From positions 32,001 to 96,000 of IMG/VR virus record IMGVR_UViG_3300031841_003468: a DNA stretch of 64,000 bases; one strand, written 5' to 3'. Shown here piece by piece: positions 19,407 through 29,254 of the stretch (position 1 is the first letter of the stretch; each line of letters opens with the position of its first letter). Under the pieces are notes generated by a model. It searched no databases and was not told the origin of the DNA. It was given only the letters and a program-made list of their open reading frames with translations. The stretch comes from a virus. Both the position numbers and the translations under genes were made by a program.

Positions 19407-19661
19407 TTACTCTATACACATTTCGCATCTACATCCCTCAGTGCATCCTTGTAGCTCGCAACAACTACAACACGCTTGGTTAGTGCTTTTGTGCGTATGT
19501 CTAATGGGTGTGGTAATTGCCCCTGCCCCATCTTGGCTCGCATACATGTTAAATAATAAATCCATCGAGACCATAATAAACATACTAGTAAAACAAAACA
19601 AAATAATAATGGTAAGCTGTTCAGTCGCTGTCAATTTTCCCGATTCACTTGCCATTATCAT
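19407..19661 (-). CDS. membrane protein with Cys-rich tail
   Basis: TM helix; CCSCC...C...CRCEMC. Confidence 0.55.
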   Translation of the reverse strand: MIMASESGKLTATEQLTIIILFCFTSMFIMVSMDLLFNMYASQDGAGAITTPIRHTHKSTNQACCSCCELQGCTEGCRCEMCIE

Positions 19662-19920
19662 GTTTCCAATCTAAGTTATTCCATATTTCCCTGAACCTTG
19701 CCCAAGTCTTAAGAGATTCTTCTTTTGCTACCTTCCTTAAGTAGTCTTCTTCAACCTCTTCTCTGATCTTTACAGTAGTATATATTGTATCTGCTTCAGA
19801 CCTGACTTGATCCAGTTCTTTCCTTAACTCTGTATTATTATACAACATAGTGCATAAATTTGCAACACTAAAAAGCAACAATACACAAATTAATATGGTA
19901 TTTCTTGATGTTTTATTCAT
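19645..19920 (-). CDS. TM plus coiled-coil hypothetical protein
   Basis: GGAG/AAGG RBS; N-terminal hydrophobic helix. Confidence 0.6.
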   Translation of the reverse strand: MNKTSRNTILICVLLLFSVANLCTMLYNNTELRKELDQVRSEADTIYTTVKIREEVEEDYLRKVAKEESLKTWARFREIWNNLDWKHDNGK

Positions 19921-19949
19921 ACTTCCTTCTCCCTTTCTGAATAATATAG

Positions 19950-20022
19950 TACCCCGTAGGAGAATCGAACTCCTGTTTTCGGCGTGAAAAGCCGATGTCC
20001 TAGTCCACTAGACGAACGGGGC
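19950..20022 (-). tRNA. tRNA-Glu(TTC)
   Basis: GCCCCGTTCGTCTAGTGGACTAGGACA-TCGGC-TTTTCAC-GCCGA...AGTTCGATTCT. Confidence 0.93.
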
Positions 20023-20098
20023 ATTTGTTGACCTGAGTCACACAGGTCTGAGGTTGTCGTTTATTTATGAGATTCTATACCTCTAATGTACATCTCAG

Positions 20099-20170
20099 AG
20101 CGACAGGAGGGGATCGAACCCTCGACATTCACGTTGGCAACGTGATGCTCTACCGCTGAGCTACTATCGC
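20099..20170 (-). tRNA. tRNA-Gly(GCC)
   Basis: GCGATAGTAGCTCAGCGGTAGAGCA-TCACG-TTGCCAA-CGTGA...GGTTCGATCCC. Confidence 0.93.
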
Positions 20171-20199
20171 TTAGGGAAAGTGAGATGGTGGCGAACCCA

Positions 20200-20352
20200 T
20201 CAATCACGACCGTCGTCGTTACTCTCACGCCTATTTGAGTCACCTTCGTTTGTATCATGTCGAGGCCAGTTTACAATCTGTTCGATTGTTCGTCTGCATC
20301 CAGTGCACACACCATTTACTAAGGCACATTTGCCAGTACAAGGTGAATCCAT
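20200..20352 (-). CDS. DUF1289-like small Cys protein (50 aa)
   Basis: MDSPCTGKCALVNGVCTGCRRTIEQIVNW; AGGA RBS; below the ORF-track cutoff. Confidence 0.75.
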   Translation of the reverse strand: MDSPCTGKCALVNGVCTGCRRTIEQIVNWPRHDTNEGDSNRRESNDDGRD

Positions 20353-20464
20353 TACTATCCTGAACCTCAACATTTGTATAAAGAGTTTGCCGCCAGAGGG
20401 GAGTAAACTTGCTACACACGGTCATAACAAGGTATTTGGCGAAGGTGACGACAAACTCGTTGTA

Positions 20465-20941
20465 TTATAGTTTCTTACGGTGGCTGTGAGTTGGAGTCTG
20501 GCTGTGACAATTAGGACATAAGTACCTTAAGTTCTCAGGTCGGTTGTCAACCGGGCTTCCATTGATGTGGTCTATCTCAAGTGTTATGGCTTTGCCAAGC
20601 CACACACCATCTATTCCACACCACTCACATTCGTAGTCTCGGCCAATTTCATCAAGTGCTCTAACTAATCTAGCTCTTGAGTCCTTGCGTCCATTAAGCC
20701 TGTTGTTAACAAGGACTGCTTCGGCTGGTAGTCTGTTGTTTGCTACCTTACCTTTGTTGTGTCCTTGTCCAGTAAAATGGCTAGTATCTATACCAAACTC
20801 TTTGGCCTTCTTCTTGAGGTGATGAACTGATCCACCACCAAGTTTCAAACCTAAGTGACCAAGTACTTGAGCCCATGAGGTTGATTTATTTATTACCTCT
20901 TGAAGTTCTTCCTTAGTTCGTCTGTTATAGTTTCTTGTCAT
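20465..20941 (-). CDS. HNH homing endonuclease
   Basis: CEWCG...LEIDHINGSPVDNRPENLRYLCPNCHSQT; inside the tRNA cluster. Confidence 0.92.
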   Translation of the reverse strand: MTRNYNRRTKEELQEVINKSTSWAQVLGHLGLKLGGGSVHHLKKKAKEFGIDTSHFTGQGHNKGKVANNRLPAEAVLVNNRLNGRKDSRARLVRALDEIGRDYECEWCGIDGVWLGKAITLEIDHINGSPVDNRPENLRYLCPNCHSQTPTHSHRKKL

Positions 20942-20955
20942 AGTACTTTCCTTAG

Positions 20956-21038
20956 TACCCGCAGAAGGACTCGAACCTTCACGCCTCTCGGCATATGATC
21001 CTAAATCATACGTGTCTACCTGATTCCACCATGCGGGC
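20956..21038 (-). tRNA. tRNA-Leu(TAG)
   Basis: GCCCGCATGGTGGAATCAGGTAGACACG-TATGA-TTTAGGA-TCATA, long variable arm, GGTTCGAGTCC. Confidence 0.93.
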
Positions 21039-21089
21039 TTACAAGAGACCTTTTTTGGACTTGTCTAGGTCACGCTATATTATCTGGTT

Positions 21090-21377
21090 TTATGTTGGGT
21101 CAGGACGACCAGCTTTTTCGTCCTGTCGGCCATTGTCATAACCATCATCAAACCCGGCTCCATATCCATCCCAATACATTTGGTTGTCTATTTTAACGAG
21201 CACGCCATGTAGGTTATAGACTTCTTTTCTCAGTTCATGGTTTGCATCTTCCAAACCTCTGTTCTCAAACATTATAGTAATGAGTGAGAGAAAAAGCACA
21301 ACGTTTGCTAAGAAACTAAAGTTCTTTTTCAGGAATTGTCCGGCAAATCCCACTGACAAAAGGGGCGACGGTTTCAT
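21090..21377 (-). CDS. hypothetical membrane protein
   Basis: TM helix; GYxxGFxxGY repeat; coupled to the SSB stop. Confidence 0.6.
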   Translation of the reverse strand: MKPSPLLSVGFAGQFLKKNFSFLANVVLFLSLITIMFENRGLEDANHELRKEVYNLHGVLVKIDNQMYWDGYGAGFDDGYDNGRQDEKAGRPDPT

Positions 21378-21715
21378 TAAAACGCCGCTGCTGCTTCGAC
21401 CTTAACAGCCTTAGCAACCCGATTAGGAACCAACACGAAACGACTACGCTTCTTACCAGTTTCCTTATCTTCCCAAGTCTTCTCTTGAAGACGACCAGTC
21501 AAAACAACACGGTCACCTTTGCTTAGGTTTACACCTTCGCAATAGTCTGCTTGATAACCCCAAGCATTGACATCAAAGAAAGCAGTTTCTTGCTTGTCTT
21601 GACCCATGTAGTGGTTAACGGCGATGCGGAACTCAGCTACTTTGCTGTCTTTTGCTCCAACTGTCTTGATTTCTGGTTCGGCAACTACGTTACCTTCAAA
21701 GTGTACGAAATTCAT
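21377..21715 (-). CDS. ssb: single-stranded DNA-binding protein
   Basis: GNVVAEPE, FRIAVN, FFDVNAWG, KGDRVVLTGRL, WEDKETGKKRS. Confidence 0.93.
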   Translation of the reverse strand: MNFVHFEGNVVAEPEIKTVGAKDSKVAEFRIAVNHYMGQDKQETAFFDVNAWGYQADYCEGVNLSKGDRVVLTGRLQEKTWEDKETGKKRSRFVLVPNRVAKAVKVEAAAAF

Positions 21716-21813
21716 ATTGAATCTCCTTCTAAAAAAAATGTTGTATGTACTTTGATGTTTACTTAGCGATTGTTGTCAACCTAACTTTAGCGTACATACT
21801 AAGCTAAAATGTT

Positions 21814-22122
21814 TTATACTGCGAGTACCTGTCGTACTCGTCCACGAAGCACCTGTGCATTTCCACGATTGGTTCGTGTCAAGAATGCATCTAGCAGGTT
21901 AGCCTGCAGGGTACTGCTCATGCCTAGCTTCTTAGCTGCGTCACGGGTTCGGACGTTACCTTGAACAAGGCCATTGTATCTTGCTACTGCCACGATTGGG
22001 TTGTAGACATGTCCACGATTCCGGCCATTGCGAGCGACACCAACAATCTTACCGTTGCGTACTTCCCAGCTATAAGCCTTCTTTGTTTCGTTCAGTGCCA
22101 TTAAAAATTGTAGTTGATTCAT
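21814..22122 (-). CDS. basic hypothetical protein
   Basis: AAGGAG RBS; 102 aa. Confidence 0.7.
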   Translation of the reverse strand: MNQLQFLMALNETKKAYSWEVRNGKIVGVARNGRNRGHVYNPIVAVARYNGLVQGNVRTRDAAKKLGMSSTLQANLLDAFLTRTNRGNAQVLRGRVRQVLAV

Positions 22123-22293
22123 GATTGTCTCCTTTAGTTTAGTTCCTGAATCGCTTCTCGTAATTGTTTGAGCTCACGCTCGTTCATTTTCCTAAGACCC
22201 TTTTCGAGCATATCATTATCCAGACTCTTGAGTAATACGAGGGTTTGAATAATAGAATGTTCTTTAGTTAGAGGTCTCCCAAGTTTTGTTTCA

Positions 22294-22749
22294 TTAGACA
22301 TGTTCCTCAACCTTAGCTTTCTTTACCATTAGTAGTTTATGAGGATTCTTAACCATGACTCCAGTGATGCTGTAGCCGTTTGGTTTTCCCATATATAGTA
22401 ACTCAATCGGGCCACTGCTACCAAGTCTTTTCTTCCACTTACGGACTTTTACGCCACAGTTATCTGCACCGTCATCCCATTTGCCTACAACTTCAAAGAG
22501 ACCATAGTTACCTAAGTACATCTTCTCTTCAGCCTCATCAACTTTATTTAAGTAATATGGGCCATTGCTAGCAACTGACTTGATGATGTCGCCTCTACGT
22601 AGATCACGAAAGTCTTCGACTAAGCTATTCTTCTTTTTGAAGAACACGTATCCACATTCTTTGCACTCACTGGCTCTTGCATGAACCTGACTGCCACAAT
22701 CTGGACATCCCTTAGTTGGTGCTCCACGTTTTCTTTTCTTCTTCGCCAT
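22294..22749 (-). CDS. zinc-ribbon protein
   Basis: CPDCG...CKECGY; AAGGAG RBS. Confidence 0.7.
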   Translation of the reverse strand: MAKKKRKRGAPTKGCPDCGSQVHARASECKECGYVFFKKKNSLVEDFRDLRRGDIIKSVASNGPYYLNKVDEAEEKMYLGNYGLFEVVGKWDDGADNCGVKVRKWKKRLGSSGPIELLYMGKPNGYSITGVMVKNPHKLLMVKKAKVEEHV

Positions 22750-22846
22750 GTTAACAACTCCTTGTTATGGTTTAACTTTGTCTTACACACTCATTATATA
22801 CTTATATCGAAAAAAGTCCACAGCTAATTTAGTATTTTTAGGAAAT

Positions 22847-23320
22847 TTAACCAACTAATTCCCAAATACCTTTACTGTTCTTACGATAATGCTTACACTT
22901 CTTCACCTTAATCTCATAGAAAGGCTCATTGTAAGTCTTCTCGCCGGTGTAACGATTATAAGTATCTTTGAATATTAGGTTTTTATCTTGGATGACCCAT
23001 ACCTTCTTAGCAAGGAATACATTATCCAGATCTTTGTTGAATGATGCAAAGGCATAGGATTCTGAATCAGGCTTATAGGCGAAGTGTAGTGAGTCGTACT
23101 TGAAGTTACCATCAGTCCATCCAACTCTTTTTACTTCGACCTCTATGAGCCTCTCAATGCCCTTAGGATCGTCCATAATTAAGTCACCCTTCTTATACAG
23201 TTCCTTCTCATAGGGAACATGGGTGTATCCAAACAGGTTGCTAAATATATCAATAGCTGCGTCTTTACCTGTCTGATCATTCTGTTCGTAGGATGCCCTA
23301 CTGAATGCTTTTCTTCTCAT
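22847..23320 (-). CDS. putative PD-(D/E)xK nuclease-fold protein
   Basis: GDLI...IEVEVKR. Confidence 0.5.
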   Translation of the reverse strand: MRRKAFSRASYEQNDQTGKDAAIDIFSNLFGYTHVPYEKELYKKGDLIMDDPKGIERLIEVEVKRVGWTDGNFKYDSLHFAYKPDSESYAFASFNKDLDNVFLAKKVWVIQDKNLIFKDTYNRYTGEKTYNEPFYEIKVKKCKHYRKNSKGIWELVG

Positions 23321-23525
23321 CTTCTTTCTCCGTTCCAAAGTATAAGTCCCAGTGTAAGTCAAACAATTCATGGTCTGACCAATAAGCCTGCTGCATAGCA
23401 TTTTGTACTGCGGGTATTAAGTTGGTATCTTCAGTTTTAGAGGCAACTAACTCTGCCAGTTTATTGACGTTAGCGTTAACTCTCTTCACCGGAATCGGTT
23501 TCTTCATCGACATCAAAGCCACCAT
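23298..23525 (-). CDS. hypothetical protein
   Basis: Overlapping operon packing. Confidence 0.5.
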   Translation of the reverse strand: MVALMSMKKPIPVKRVNANVNKLAELVASKTEDTNLIPAVQNAMQQAYWSDHELFDLHWDLYFGTEKEDEKKSIQ

Positions 23526-23817
23526 TTCTTTCTACTGCACCGAACGTTGGCCCATTCTCTGGATCAATGTCGATGATCATTAGGTTACCCGACAATACTC
23601 TCTTAAGAAGTAGATGGGATATCCGGGCATTCTCGCACCACCTGATAACTTCCATAAGAGTTTCCATATCCTCACCAACCAAGTCTGCGTAGTGAGCATC
23701 AATAATAATCTTCTCTAGTTCTTCCTCAGACAGAGGTACAAACTTCTTGTCTTCGGGACACCAATGTAAATCGTCCATTGGTAACAGTTTTGTAAGTTCA
23801 CTATAACTATAGCTCAT
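23476..23817 (-). CDS. hypothetical protein
   Basis: GGAGG RBS; acidic 113 aa. Confidence 0.65.
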   Translation of the reverse strand: MSYSYSELTKLLPMDDLHWCPEDKKFVPLSEEELEKIIIDAHYADLVGEDMETLMEVIRWCENARISHLLLKRVLSGNLMIIDIDPENGPTFGAVERNGGFDVDEETDSGEES

Positions 23818-24487
23818 TTTTAGCCTCCTCTAGGATTGACCATGTACTGGATGAACCAATACGTGTTACTCCAACCTTACGCCACTCTAGCGTCTGATCT
23901 AGTGTTTTGACACCGCCTGACACCTTAACTTTACATTCGTAGTCGTCGTAGTGTGAGTTGGCCAACATTGCGAATGTCTTATCCCAGTCTGCACCTTCTG
24001 TGCCAAATCCTGTAGATGTCTTCACAAAGTCAACCTTGTGTCGTGCAGCCAGATGGCAGATGTTTACAATCTGGTCATGGCTCAGGTAACATGTTTCAAG
24101 AATGATCTTGGTTAACAATCCCTGACTCTTGGCCGCCTCATTTATTATACGGATTTCGTCACCGACTGCAAGCCAATTTCCTGAAAGAACTTCAGAAATG
24201 TTGACAACAAAATCAACTTCAGTAGCTCCTTCCATTCGTGCGATTTGTGTCTCGTACTTTTTGGTTGCGGTAGTATTATATCCAAGAGGGAATCCTATGA
24301 CGGTACAAACGTCAACAGGAGTGTTTGCTAGAATAGCATGGCAGAACGGCACTAGATTAGGCTGCACACAAACTGTGGCGATATTATACTCAATAGCCTT
24401 TACGCACTCTGCTTCAATGTGGTCTCGTGTAAATGTAGGATCAAGCAATGCGTGATCAAACATCTTAGAAATGTCCTCATACTTCAT
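23807..24487 (-). CDS. deoC: deoxyribose-phosphate aldolase
   Basis: DHALL, VCTVIGFPLG, EVDFVVN, KIILET, FVKTSTGF, KVSGGV, RIGSS. Confidence 0.95.
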   Translation of the reverse strand: MKYEDISKMFDHALLDPTFTRDHIEAECVKAIEYNIATVCVQPNLVPFCHAILANTPVDVCTVIGFPLGYNTTATKKYETQIARMEGATEVDFVVNISEVLSGNWLAVGDEIRIINEAAKSQGLLTKIILETCYLSHDQIVNICHLAARHKVDFVKTSTGFGTEGADWDKTFAMLANSHYDDYECKVKVSGGVKTLDQTLEWRKVGVTRIGSSSTWSILEEAKNEL

Positions 24488-24686
24488 CTGATGTCTCCAA
24501 TCTTTCAAAGTCGTCTTCTAATTCCTGTGCATATAACCGAGCATTCTCTCTTGCTAATAACATATCCGATATTAGGAAGTACTCGAATGAATGTGCAATC
24601 CTGTAAGATCTATTATATAAGGTAAAGAAGATCTCAAATCGTTTCTTATCCTTATTATGATAGACCTCAGTAAAATAATTACTCAT
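24477..24686 (-). CDS. hypothetical protein
   Basis: Coupled to neighbours. Confidence 0.55.
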   Translation of the reverse strand: MSNYFTEVYHNKDKKRFEIFFTLYNRSYRIAHSFEYFLISDMLLARENARLYAQELEDDFERLETSDEV

Positions 24687-25536
24687 CTACCACTGCTCTC
24701 CCTTTTAGTTGCTCCCAGTCTTTATCTGGTCTCACTTCAAGGTTGGTCTTCCATGCACCTTTAAGAGTGTTCATCTCAATACCTAAATTATCGGCAATAT
24801 CAATGATGGAGTTTATATCTTTTGGGAAACAACTTCCAGAAAAGCCAAACTTTCCATCCAAGCCGGGAACTGTTAGGTGGGACGTACCTATTCTCTTGTC
24901 GGTAAGTAGTAATTGTCTTACGTGATCGTACTCTAATCCCAATGCTTGGGCGAGTAGGTAGAATTCGTTAGCTATAGATACCTTAGCAGCTAAGAAGCAG
25001 TTCACAAAGTACTTACATAGCTCACCAGCCGCAGCATCTGCGTATCGGTAGATCGCAGCATTAGGGAATACTCTCTTGTAGTATGGCACTACTCTGGCTG
25101 TTGCTTCTCTGTCGCCTGTAAGGATTATTCTGTCTGTATTTCTTAGTGACTCTTCAGCATTCACTTCTGTTAGAAACTCAGGACTAAAGATTACTCTGAT
25201 ACCGCTGCCTTCATCAGCAAACTTATTGAAGGTATCAGTAGTTCCCATAGGTACAGTGGACTTAACGATAACTATATTATTACGTCCAGCTTTTTTAATT
25301 TGATCAATGACACTCTCGACAATGCGTGTGCTACACGAACCATCTTTCTTCATTGGGGTTGGAACACAAACAAATATAATACGTGAGTCTCTAGCCAGAG
25401 ATTCAATGTCTTTATGTGTACTTGGCTTCAATGGGTCTTTGTCATAGCGATTTACAGTGAAGTGCTCACTGAAAACGTTAGCGATAGCTGAGCCGACAAA
25501 ACCCTGTCCAACGACACCTATAGGTTGTTTACTCAT
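24679..25536 (-). CDS. ugd: UDP-glucose/GDP-mannose 6-dehydrogenase family
   Basis: GQGFVG, CVPTP, KSTVP, SPEFL, GFSGSCFPKD. Confidence 0.92.
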   Translation of the reverse strand: MSKQPIGVVGQGFVGSAIANVFSEHFTVNRYDKDPLKPSTHKDIESLARDSRIIFVCVPTPMKKDGSCSTRIVESVIDQIKKAGRNNIVIVKSTVPMGTTDTFNKFADEGSGIRVIFSPEFLTEVNAEESLRNTDRIILTGDREATARVVPYYKRVFPNAAIYRYADAAAGELCKYFVNCFLAAKVSIANEFYLLAQALGLEYDHVRQLLLTDKRIGTSHLTVPGLDGKFGFSGSCFPKDINSIIDIADNLGIEMNTLKGAWKTNLEVRPDKDWEQLKGRAVVDE

Positions 25537-25577
25537 AATATTTACTCCTTCCTTTATATTATATCCTTAACCAGTCA

Positions 25578-25769
25578 TTATTGCTCACGATAATCGCAAA
25601 TTGCTAAATCAACTGGTGTGACCTGAAACATATCTCTTTGATCTCTGCGATAGTTGTCCATATAGCATCGCTCACAAAGGTAGCGTGGTTCAGATTTTCG
25701 TTTGCCTCTTAATTTATAATAATTGCTTGTTGGTTTGTTACAAGCCTCACATGTCTTCTTCTCTGTCAT
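25578..25769 (-). CDS. small zinc-finger protein
   Basis: CEAC...CERC; AAGGAG RBS. Confidence 0.6.
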   Translation of the reverse strand: MTEKKTCEACNKPTSNYYKLRGKRKSEPRYLCERCYMDNYRRDQRDMFQVTPVDLAICDYREQ

Positions 25770-25831
25770 TGTATCAGTCTTCTCCTTAGTTGCGAATAGA
25801 AAAAGTTTGCCCCTGATATCTATATTATACC

Positions 25832-26398
25832 CTACCTCAATGGTCTGGTCAACCCTTGTCTCCCCTCATAAATTCTAGTATCCTGAAATCTAAAGTCACT
25901 CCACTCGGCATTTTCTTTGTCGTAGTCCGTATGTGAGACCTTAATTTTTGGAGCACTAACCAGTCTCTGGCAGTACTTCTGATAATAGTATGGTCTAGGG
26001 TCTACAAACTCACAATACCATACACTTTTACCATCGACTATTTTATGCTGTGGCATTAGGGAACTTTCCTTAGTTAGTCCATTTCCCCAAGTTTCTTCTG
26101 CCATAGCCCGGTAGTCAAGAACCATCCATTCATCCACAAACTTTCCTAGCTTGTAGTCGAATCTATTGTCCTTATACTTTTTCCAAAATATTACCTTAGC
26201 ACCTTTAAGTAAAAGTTCACCAGTGTTTGGATCTGCTTTATATATATAGTTAACTTCAATGAGGTCACATTTATCTTTGATAACCTCCTCAAACCCATAT
26301 GTATATCGACTATTGTCGCTAGCAGATATATTATCTACGCTTCCTGTCAAGATTACGCATAGTAATGATATAATGGTCAAGATATTTTCTCGCTTCAT
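25832..26398 (-). CDS. secreted hypothetical protein
   Basis: GGAGG RBS; signal peptide MKRENILTIISLLCVIL. Confidence 0.65.
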   Translation of the reverse strand: MKRENILTIISLLCVILTGSVDNISASDNSRYTYGFEEVIKDKCDLIEVNYIYKADPNTGELLLKGAKVIFWKKYKDNRFDYKLGKFVDEWMVLDYRAMAEETWGNGLTKESSLMPQHKIVDGKSVWYCEFVDPRPYYYQKYCQRLVSAPKIKVSHTDYDKENAEWSDFRFQDTRIYEGRQGLTRPLR

Positions 26399-26699
26399 TT
26401 CTGGCCTCCGATTTCGTCTTACCGTAACCGACAGCCTCAATTTCATTACATGCTAGCAGGTGACAGTGATAAACCCCATCGCCGTAGCGACTAAAGGTTT
26501 CGTAGACTTTGTTTGGTGATAATCTTAGTGGAAAGAGCCCTACATTACTTCTAGTTCTCTTTTTACGTTTGCCTATCGGCAACCTAGTTTCCATTTTACT
26601 TCTATATTATCTCATCAAAACAAATAATCAACGCCCCTGAAGATTAATTATTTTAGTTACCCTTATTATACAGCAAGAGTTACTGAAGTCAATAGAATT

Positions 26700-26894
26700 T
26701 TAGTCCTTTTTATAAGAAACCGTGATACTCCCTGACTCGTTATCTTCAATCGAGAAATCTTCCATGATGAGACGCTTGACAACGGCCATAGCCATGTCCT
26801 TATCTGACATCAAGGTTGTCACCATTGTATTGGCGAGTTCAGTGCGACTTTCAAAAACTCCAACTGTGTTATTACCAGTTATCATATTATACAT
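26700..26894 (-). CDS. hypothetical protein
   Basis: AAGGAG RBS. Confidence 0.6.
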   Translation of the reverse strand: MYNMITGNNTVGVFESRTELANTMVTTLMSDKDMAMAVVKRLIMEDFSIEDNESGSITVSYKKD

Positions 26895-27237
26895 CTCCTT
26901 CAGACTTTTTGTCCAATAAATCTTTAATTTTGTCAGAACTTTCCTTTATTATTTTGACGGCATCATCCTCATTCATTACGGCACTCAGCTCAGGCCAATA
27001 TGCTTGGTAATCTGTAACCCATTTCGCAGCATCATCGTACTCAGCAAATGTGCGACATAGATATAACGGTAGAGGTTGGCTTTTGTAAAAGTATCTTGGC
27101 GTATCGTCATGTTCTGGTATGGTAAAGTTTGAAATTACCCACCATCTTCTTGGCGATTCATCCGCATAGGGATTCTTGATACCTCTAGTGTCCATGATTG
27201 ATACCATTCTATGCATCTTCTTCACCTTCTTCTTCAT
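26887..27237 (-). CDS. hypothetical protein
   Basis: Operon packing. Confidence 0.6.
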   Translation of the reverse strand: MKKKVKKMHRMVSIMDTRGIKNPYADESPRRWWVISNFTIPEHDDTPRYFYKSQPLPLYLCRTFAEYDDAAKWVTDYQAYWPELSAVMNEDDAVKIIKESSDKIKDLLDKKSEGDV

Positions 27238-27436
27238 TGAGTAGGTCTGTACGGATATCGTCAGCGTCTACATAGACACCATCTAATACATTCTCAATGT
27301 GATCAATGGCTGCTTCTTTGCTAATACATCTCAGTACAATATCTACATCTAAATCCTTTGTTACTGTCCAGACCTGATAGTGTAGGTCTAGTGGTTCATA
27401 AAATACTAGGTATTCGTCTTTATCGTGCTCAGTCAT
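27209..27436 (-). CDS. hypothetical protein
   Basis: GGAGG RBS; acidic. Confidence 0.6.
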   Translation of the reverse strand: MTEHDKDEYLVFYEPLDLHYQVWTVTKDLDVDIVLRCISKEAAIDHIENVLDGVYVDADDIRTDLLNEEEGEEDA

Positions 27437-27554
27437 CTTTCACCCTCCTTGCAATGCACTTTTTCTCTTCTCGCCGTAGCAAGCAAATCATAAGTACTGC
27501 TAAAGTTATTTCAATGCCCCATGCTGTAAGTCCTGCGTATATAGCTTCCATCGG

Positions 27555-28055
27555 TTACTCCTTCATTGATTCTTTAATAATTTCGTAAGCAAATTCTTTT
27601 TCGTGCCAATCTTCGACACAAACTATCTTATTCTCTAGACTCTTGTAAGTCAAGAAGAAATTCTGTAGAACTCTCAAAACCATCTGATCTAAGTCAGCCA
27701 GAGACCTGTAGTCTCTTTGGTGATGGATTGGAGTCCCGATGATCTTCCAGTCTTTGGCTCCACTGTCAGTCATGTCTAATACACCGATAGTGCGACATGT
27801 TACAATGGTTCCTCTACTGATAGGTGCATCGTTATAAATTAATATATCAAGTGCATCTCCATCATCAGTCATTGTCTTGGGTATGAACCCGTATGAACAA
27901 GGGTAGCACATACTACTTGGCAAACATCGGTCTAAGGTGAACTGATCAAATACTGGATCATACTCATACTTAGTACTCTTACCTTTAGGTATTTCAACTA
28001 CACCGTGAACAATCTTGGGTGTATCAACATGGTGTGGTATATTATATAGTTCCAT
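27555..28055 (-). CDS. ppa: family I inorganic pyrophosphatase
   Basis: VEIPKG, KYEYD, YGFIPKT, DGDALD, MTDSGAKDWKI. Confidence 0.95.
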   Translation of the reverse strand: MELYNIPHHVDTPKIVHGVVEIPKGKSTKYEYDPVFDQFTLDRCLPSSMCYPCSYGFIPKTMTDDGDALDILIYNDAPISRGTIVTCRTIGVLDMTDSGAKDWKIIGTPIHHQRDYRSLADLDQMVLRVLQNFFLTYKSLENKIVCVEDWHEKEFAYEIIKESMKE

Positions 28056-28302
28056 CTTCTGTCCATTCATAAATTGGCGTATACTGCCCAACATACGCAT
28101 ACCAAGTATTAAACTCTAGAAATTCAATAGCCTCATGATAATCAAATCCGTCCTCATCCATGAGAACTTCAATCATCTTTTCTTTGCTATATACAAAACG
28201 TTCGTCTCTACAATCAATGATAGCTTTATCAAAGCCGTCAGCAAAGACTGTGCTATCACAGTAAAAACCATCGTACTTAGTTAAAATTTCTTCTCTCGTC
28301 AT
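28042..28302 (-). CDS. conserved phage hypothetical protein
   Basis: ADGFDKAII...EAIEFLEFNT..AYVGQYTP. Confidence 0.7.
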   Translation of the reverse strand: MTREEILTKYDGFYCDSTVFADGFDKAIIDCRDERFVYSKEKMIEVLMDEDGFDYHEAIEFLEFNTWYAYVGQYTPIYEWTEDGTI

Positions 28303-29254
28303 TGAATAGATTCCTCCAATAAGACTTTGTAATGTAGGACATATCAAATGTCCTGATTCTAATTTGTTCCCAGATTTGATCGAGCACTGACTCAGTTACT
28401 ACTGAAAGGTCTGGTACTCTTACTACTGGTACTTCATTATACTGTCTAGTGGTGGCATTGTCAAGGACAATCGGGATAGAATTTAGATAAAGTGCCTCAT
28501 AAATTCTATATGTATCCAAGCCGTTGCCTGTGGGACATAGCGTGAACCTAGAATTATTAATAAGTCTGAGGTAGTTATCTATTGGTATCACTTCCGTTAT
28601 AACTGGACACCAACTATGGTTGCTGTAATGGAAGAAGTCTTTTAGTTCGGATCTTTCCACTGTGTAATTACACCAGCACACGCTTGTCTTATGTTGTTTG
28701 ACTTCAGGAGCAATGATTAATCTATTTGTTAACTCATCTGCCGTCTCGTCAAGTATCCCGATTGGTATCGGAACAATCTTATTATCGACAATTCGTGGGT
28801 TAGTGCAATACCATTTCTTTACATTTTCTGGAATTTTATCAAAGGTAGAATGGCTGTGCATGTACATTCGCATCACATACTTATCGTTGGGATCACAAAG
28901 GTCACGATTGTATCTAGCCGGTATAACCAAATCTTCACCGTTTAGCGTGGACAACATATTCTTATCGACGAATCGAAGAAACCTAACCATGTTCTCTGTG
29001 TGCATTTCCGGTGTTTGGTAATCAATAGAGTAATCGCCATAGCCAGACACAACTATATATTCTACACCTGTCCCGTCAATGGCTTCAAAGAATCTCTTTA
29101 TGTGTTCAGGCTTAACAAATATAATACCTGCCGGAGGAAGGACATCTCCCTCGACCCATTCGTTGGGTGCAATCTCATCAGCCCAGAAACCTGTGGTGAT
29201 TACTTCGTCTCTAGTTACTTTATATGTTGGTGAATTAAATCTTGCGTCCATCAT
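28277..29254 (-). CDS. exostosin/GT47-like glycosyltransferase
   Basis: SRFTLCPTGNGLDTYRIYEALYLNSIPIV. Confidence 0.82.
   Translation of the reverse strand: MMDARFNSPTYKVTRDEVITTGFWADEIAPNEWVEGDVLPPAGIIFVKPEHIKRFFEAIDGTGVEYIVVSGYGDYSIDYQTPEMHTENMVRFLRFVDKNMLSTLNGEDLVIPARYNRDLCDPNDKYVMRMYMHSHSTFDKIPENVKKWYCTNPRIVDNKIVPIPIGILDETADELTNRLIIAPEVKQHKTSVCWCNYTVERSELKDFFHYSNHSWCPVITEVIPIDNYLRLINNSRFTLCPTGNGLDTYRIYEALYLNSIPIVLDNATTRQYNEVPVVRVPDLSVVTESVLDQIWEQIRIRTFDMSYITKSYWRNLFNDERRNFN

Noticed and set aside
20239-20449. 6S RNA
   Set aside because: The ends pair, but the interior holds a convincing DUF1289-like ORF and no clear central bubble.
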